Positions 48,946-52,117 of a stretch of DNA of 52,117 nt are shown one piece after another. The position numbers and the translations under genes are program-made. The DNA is taken from the NCBI RefSeq assembly GCF_001194135.2, contig NC_068981.1, positions 10,745,418 through 10,797,534 of the forward strand, read 5' to 3'. The DNA comes from Octopus bimaculoides (Eukaryota). The notes below the pieces were generated by a model. The model made no database searches. It was not told the origin of the DNA and was given only the letters and a program-made list of their open reading frames with translations. How positions within the stretch are numbered: the first letter of the stretch is position 1; every line of letters starts with the position of its first letter.

Positions 48946-48970
48946 AATCCTTGTGCCTCCAGTAGTAAGG

Positions 48971-49001
<31 letters not shown>

Positions 49002-49336
49002 NNNNNNNNNNNNNNNNNNNNNNNNNNNNNNNNNNNNNNNNNNNNNNNNNNNNNNNNNNNNNNNNNNNNNNNNNNNNNNNNNNNNNNNNNNNNNNNNNNN
49101 NNNNNNNNNNNNNNNNNNNNNNNNNNNNNNNNNNNNNNNNNNNNNNNNNNNNNNNNNNNNNNNNNNNNNNNNNNNNNNNNNNNNNNNNNNNNNNNNNNNN
49201 NNNNNNNNNNNNNNNNNNNNNNNNNNNNNNNNNNNNNNNNNNNNNNNNNNNNNNNNNNNNNNNNNNNNNNNNNNNNNNNNNNNNNNNNNNNNNNNNNNNN
49301 NNNNNNNNNNNNNNNNNNNNNNNNNNNNNNNNNNNN

Positions 49337-49607
49337 CACACACCCACACACACACACGCGCACACACGCACGCACGCACACGCACGCACGCACGCACGCA
49401 CGCACGCACACACACGCATATTATAATATCATCTTATATACATATATGTATACACACATATATACATATGATATATGTATACACACACATATTTATATAA
49501 CAATATATATGCGTGCATATTTATCGCTATATATATTATATCATACACACATACATGATACATATAATATATATATATATATAAATGAATGATTATACAT
49601 ATGTATG

Positions 49608-49650
<43 letters not shown>
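49337..49650. repeat. (CA)/(CGCA)/(TA) compound microsatellite
   Basis: Direct. Confidence 0.9.
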
Positions 49651-49651
<1 letters not shown>

Positions 49652-49779
49652 AACCATTCATACAACTGCAAAAATATATATTTCATGGAACATATTGATA
49701 ACAATGGATTCAACCAAGATTTATTTTCGTATTCTTTCTGTTCCAAACACTCAACATGATGTATGTTTTACTATTTTAT

Positions 49780-50838
49780 TCAAACACTTGATGTTTTTTG
49801 TTTTGGTTTACAAAGATTCTTTTCCATTGAATCTCTTTTAACACCAATCGCTTCTCGAGTTCGCTTTATAACAGCTGCTAAGCCGCTATCTCTCCCATTT
49901 TCACCATATTTTTTTCCTTTCTTCTCCTCTCGGGACTCTTTGTAGACACTAAAAATATCCGAGAGCAAGATTACAATGACAAGAATATTTTTTATGATAA
50001 AAGCTGAAAATTTCTGCCCGTACAAAGCGCAAAGAACAGCACGCACGCAAACAAACAGCAAGTTCACCATAATTATTTGTACTATTTTTTGTGCGAACAC
50101 CAACCGTTTGAAAATGTTACTGCCGTGCGTGCGACCCCGATAAACAATAGCACACGGAAATGTAGGCACAATAAGGTTAACTACCACAATGGTTAGTATA
50201 AGTTTAATAATGCCTTCGTGAATAATACGCCTGTCCTCTACTTCGTAAAGTAATTCCATTAGATCCATTGTGTCTAGGATGTCAATAGGTACAGTGGCTC
50301 CAACTTCGTGTATGAAGTTCTTCATCTTCCTGTCAACAGTTTGGTGAATGTTGCTGATGAGCATCAAAAAATATATCAAAGCCGCTAATCCGACGGCTAG
50401 TTGCATACCACTTGGACCTCGTATCGTATTTCTCTCCCATTCCATCATGTAACTTTTAGAGTGAAATGCTACAATAACCTTCGATGCAGTGACCGATCCG
50501 TATACGAACCATGCAATGGGACCCCACGGTAAATGATTAGTTTTCCTGGTTTTATCTTCGTTAGATGCAGAGTCATTAGACCAGTGTTTCCTTATGTCTA
50601 TATTTGTTACAAACTGACTGTAAGTTTGCACGTAATAGACTATGAAAAGGATTATCACAAACCAATCCGGAATGAAGATAATCCACCAGAACGAAATTTT
50701 CTGGTAATAGACAAGAAGGTAATCAATGTAATGATTTTGTCCAATTAAAACCACGAGACAGAATATCCGCGAGAAATAATGATGTAAACATTCACAGCGA
50801 TATAACCATTTCTTCTTGGAATTTACCGTTGGTTGATC
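49780..50838 (-). CDS. TMEM121/CECR6-family multi-pass membrane protein, large terminal coding exon (352 codons plus TGA); start codon expected in an upstream exon
   Basis: Uninterrupted 1059-nt frame with about 6-8 hydrophobic segments. Family-like motifs LPWGPIAWFVY, DILDTMDLMELL, NLIVPT, MVNLLFVCVR, FIIKNI (family recognised from memory). The frame extends 84 nt upstream of the track's GTG to the acceptor ttttcctctttttcAG|GAT, with no in-frame ATG before a stop near 50896. AATAAA on the minus strand at 49775-49780 and 49720-49725. Confidence 0.8.
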   Translation of the reverse strand, partial: DQPTVNSKKKWLYRCECLHHYFSRIFCLVVLIGQNHYIDYLLVYYQKISFWWIIFIPDWFVIILFIVYYVQTYSQFVTNIDIRKHWSNDSASNEDKTRKTNHLPWGPIAWFVYGSVTASKVIVAFHSKSYMMEWERNTIRGPSGMQLAVGLAALIYFLMLISNIHQTVDRKMKNFIHEVGATVPIDILDTMDLMELLYEVEDRRIIHEGIIKLILTIVVVNLIVPTFPCAIVYRGRTHGSNIFKRLVFAQKIVQIIMVNLLFVCVRAVLCALYGQKFSAFIIKNILVIVILLSDIFSVYKESREEKKGKKYGENGRDSGLAAVIKRTREAIGVKRDSMEKNLCKPKQKTSSV

Positions 50839-50870
50839 CTGAAAAAGAGGAAAACAAATAAATAAATAAA
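50839..50870 (-). promoter_or_regulatory. Splice acceptor: polypyrimidine tract plus CAG
   Basis: Minus strand tttatttatttatttgttttcctctttttcag immediately before the open exon. Confidence 0.75.
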
Positions 50871-51762
50871 CAAGTCTATAAAGAAAATTGTTGTTTTAAA
50901 AGGAAGGGGATATTTCGGGGACCCCTTCACTGGGATGTTACCATGAAACTATCACACTGAAAAATTTCTAACGCTCGACTGTCTTCTCGTGAAATACCAA
51001 GTTCTATACGACAGAAAAATAAAATATAAACATGCAAAAACAAACATAAGTATATCACATATAGCAAAAACACCCCCAAAACCAAACCTGAAAAGAAACA
51101 ACAAAAATCACAGAGATATAAAGGATGTTATAACTGGATATAAATGGATATGTAGTCAGGAAAGTTTAGCCTGACCAGACGCTTGTCTCCAGATTTAGTG
51201 ACTTCTGGTCACCCTGTTGTTTAGCTCCAAGGTTAGACCTGATTAAGAAGATTTATGATAAAAAGTATTCCATCGGTAATCATCACTTCTTTTTAAAGCT
51301 AATGTATTCCTTACTCTTTTACGATGGCAGGAGAAACCATTCATATGTAAACGAGTGTACAAACATGTATGAGAGCAGAGTCATTGATAAGCGGTGTTTT
51401 ACAGTCAACGATCTGGCTCGACAAAAATCACGTCACAACATTAAACTCAAAAACCTCTGATTCCGCATTGTAAGTCGTCCAATGCGCCTGCTCTTATCCT
51501 CTCTCCGCCTGCATAGACTGTCTCTTCTAAATTCTTACTTTTCTCTTTCCATCCAATATCCCCTCCCTCCGAACTCACACTTCACGGATGTGCAACAGCT
51601 AATTCTCCTTCATTTCGTATCATCATTCACTTCATCTACCTCCTCAGGGACTAAGGCAATATAGATATATAAATATCACATAAAATTTGTGTCGAATGTA
51701 TTTTCTTGTTACGATCCATAGAAGTGTTCAACGGTATATATGTGTATTTGTATGTATGCGTG

Positions 51763-52081
51763 CCCGCGGCATGTGTAAGGACTTTCGAGCGTTTCGTTGC
51801 CAGTGCCCCTGGACTGGCTCTTGTGCGGGTGGCACATAAAATACACCATTTTGAGCGTGGCCGTTGCCAGTACCGCCTGACTGGCCTTCGTGCGGGTGGC
51901 ACGTAAAAGCACCCACTACACTCTCTGAGTGGTTGGCGTTAGGAAGGGCATCCAGCTGTAGACGCTCTGCCAAATCAGATTGGTGCCTGGTGTAGCCATC
52001 TGGTTTCACCAGTCCTCAGTCAAGTCGTCCAACCCATGCTAGCATGGAAAGCGGACGTTAAACGACGATGATGATGATGAT
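51763..52081 (+). mobile_element. SINE family D, 3' part with a 66-bp internal tandem duplication and (GAT)n tail
   Basis: gagcgt..gttgccagt...ctggc..gtgcgggtggcac.taaaa.acc at 51787 and 51853; ends ccatgctagcatggaaagcggacgttaaacgac(gat)n. Confidence 0.85.
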
Positions 52082-52117
52082 ATATATATACATATATATA
52101 TGAATATATATATATAT

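Noticed and set aside
51480-51660. Purine-rich minus-strand stretch as the missing first exon of the membrane-protein gene
   Set aside because: No convincing ATG-to-GT donor arrangement identified; may be a LINE scrap. Needs RNA data.
52003-52025. CTGAGGA-ctggt-GAAA on the minus strand within SINE-D
   Set aside because: No stem II, stem III or U-H triplet.

Overview
Repeat-saturated, AT-rich eukaryotic genomic DNA from a gapped draft scaffold (eleven large N-runs plus several short ones). The tRNA-derived SINE families and extreme (TA)n/(CA)n/(TATC)n/(TAA)n density match my recollection of octopus/coleoid cephalopod genomes (inference, not a database result). The only convincing host gene is a TMEM121/CECR6-family multi-pass membrane protein on the minus strand near the right end. 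Its large coding exon (49780-50838) starts at a phase-0 splice acceptor, not at the GTG used by the ORF track. Everything else recognisable is mobile-element derived: at least five SINE families; relics of R2/HERO-like, R4/Dong-like, RTE and Tx1/L1-like non-LTR retrotransposons; an ORF1-only Tx1-like element; two Penelope-like (GIY-YIG) relics; four Tc1/mariner relics; and Helitron pieces. The most interesting signal, invisible to the ORF track, is a set of minimal type-I hammerhead ribozyme motifs (about nine copies in three or four sequence families). Three have a complete catalytic core and stem I (6152-6214 minus, 10412-10479 plus, 21465-21512 plus). Several sit in alternating inverted-repeat (fold-back) arrays next to Penelope endonuclease sequence, and two families appear to carry a consensus U4-to-C core variant. 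No CRISPR array, rRNA or genuine tRNA gene was seen. All homology calls are by-eye motif recognition without searches.
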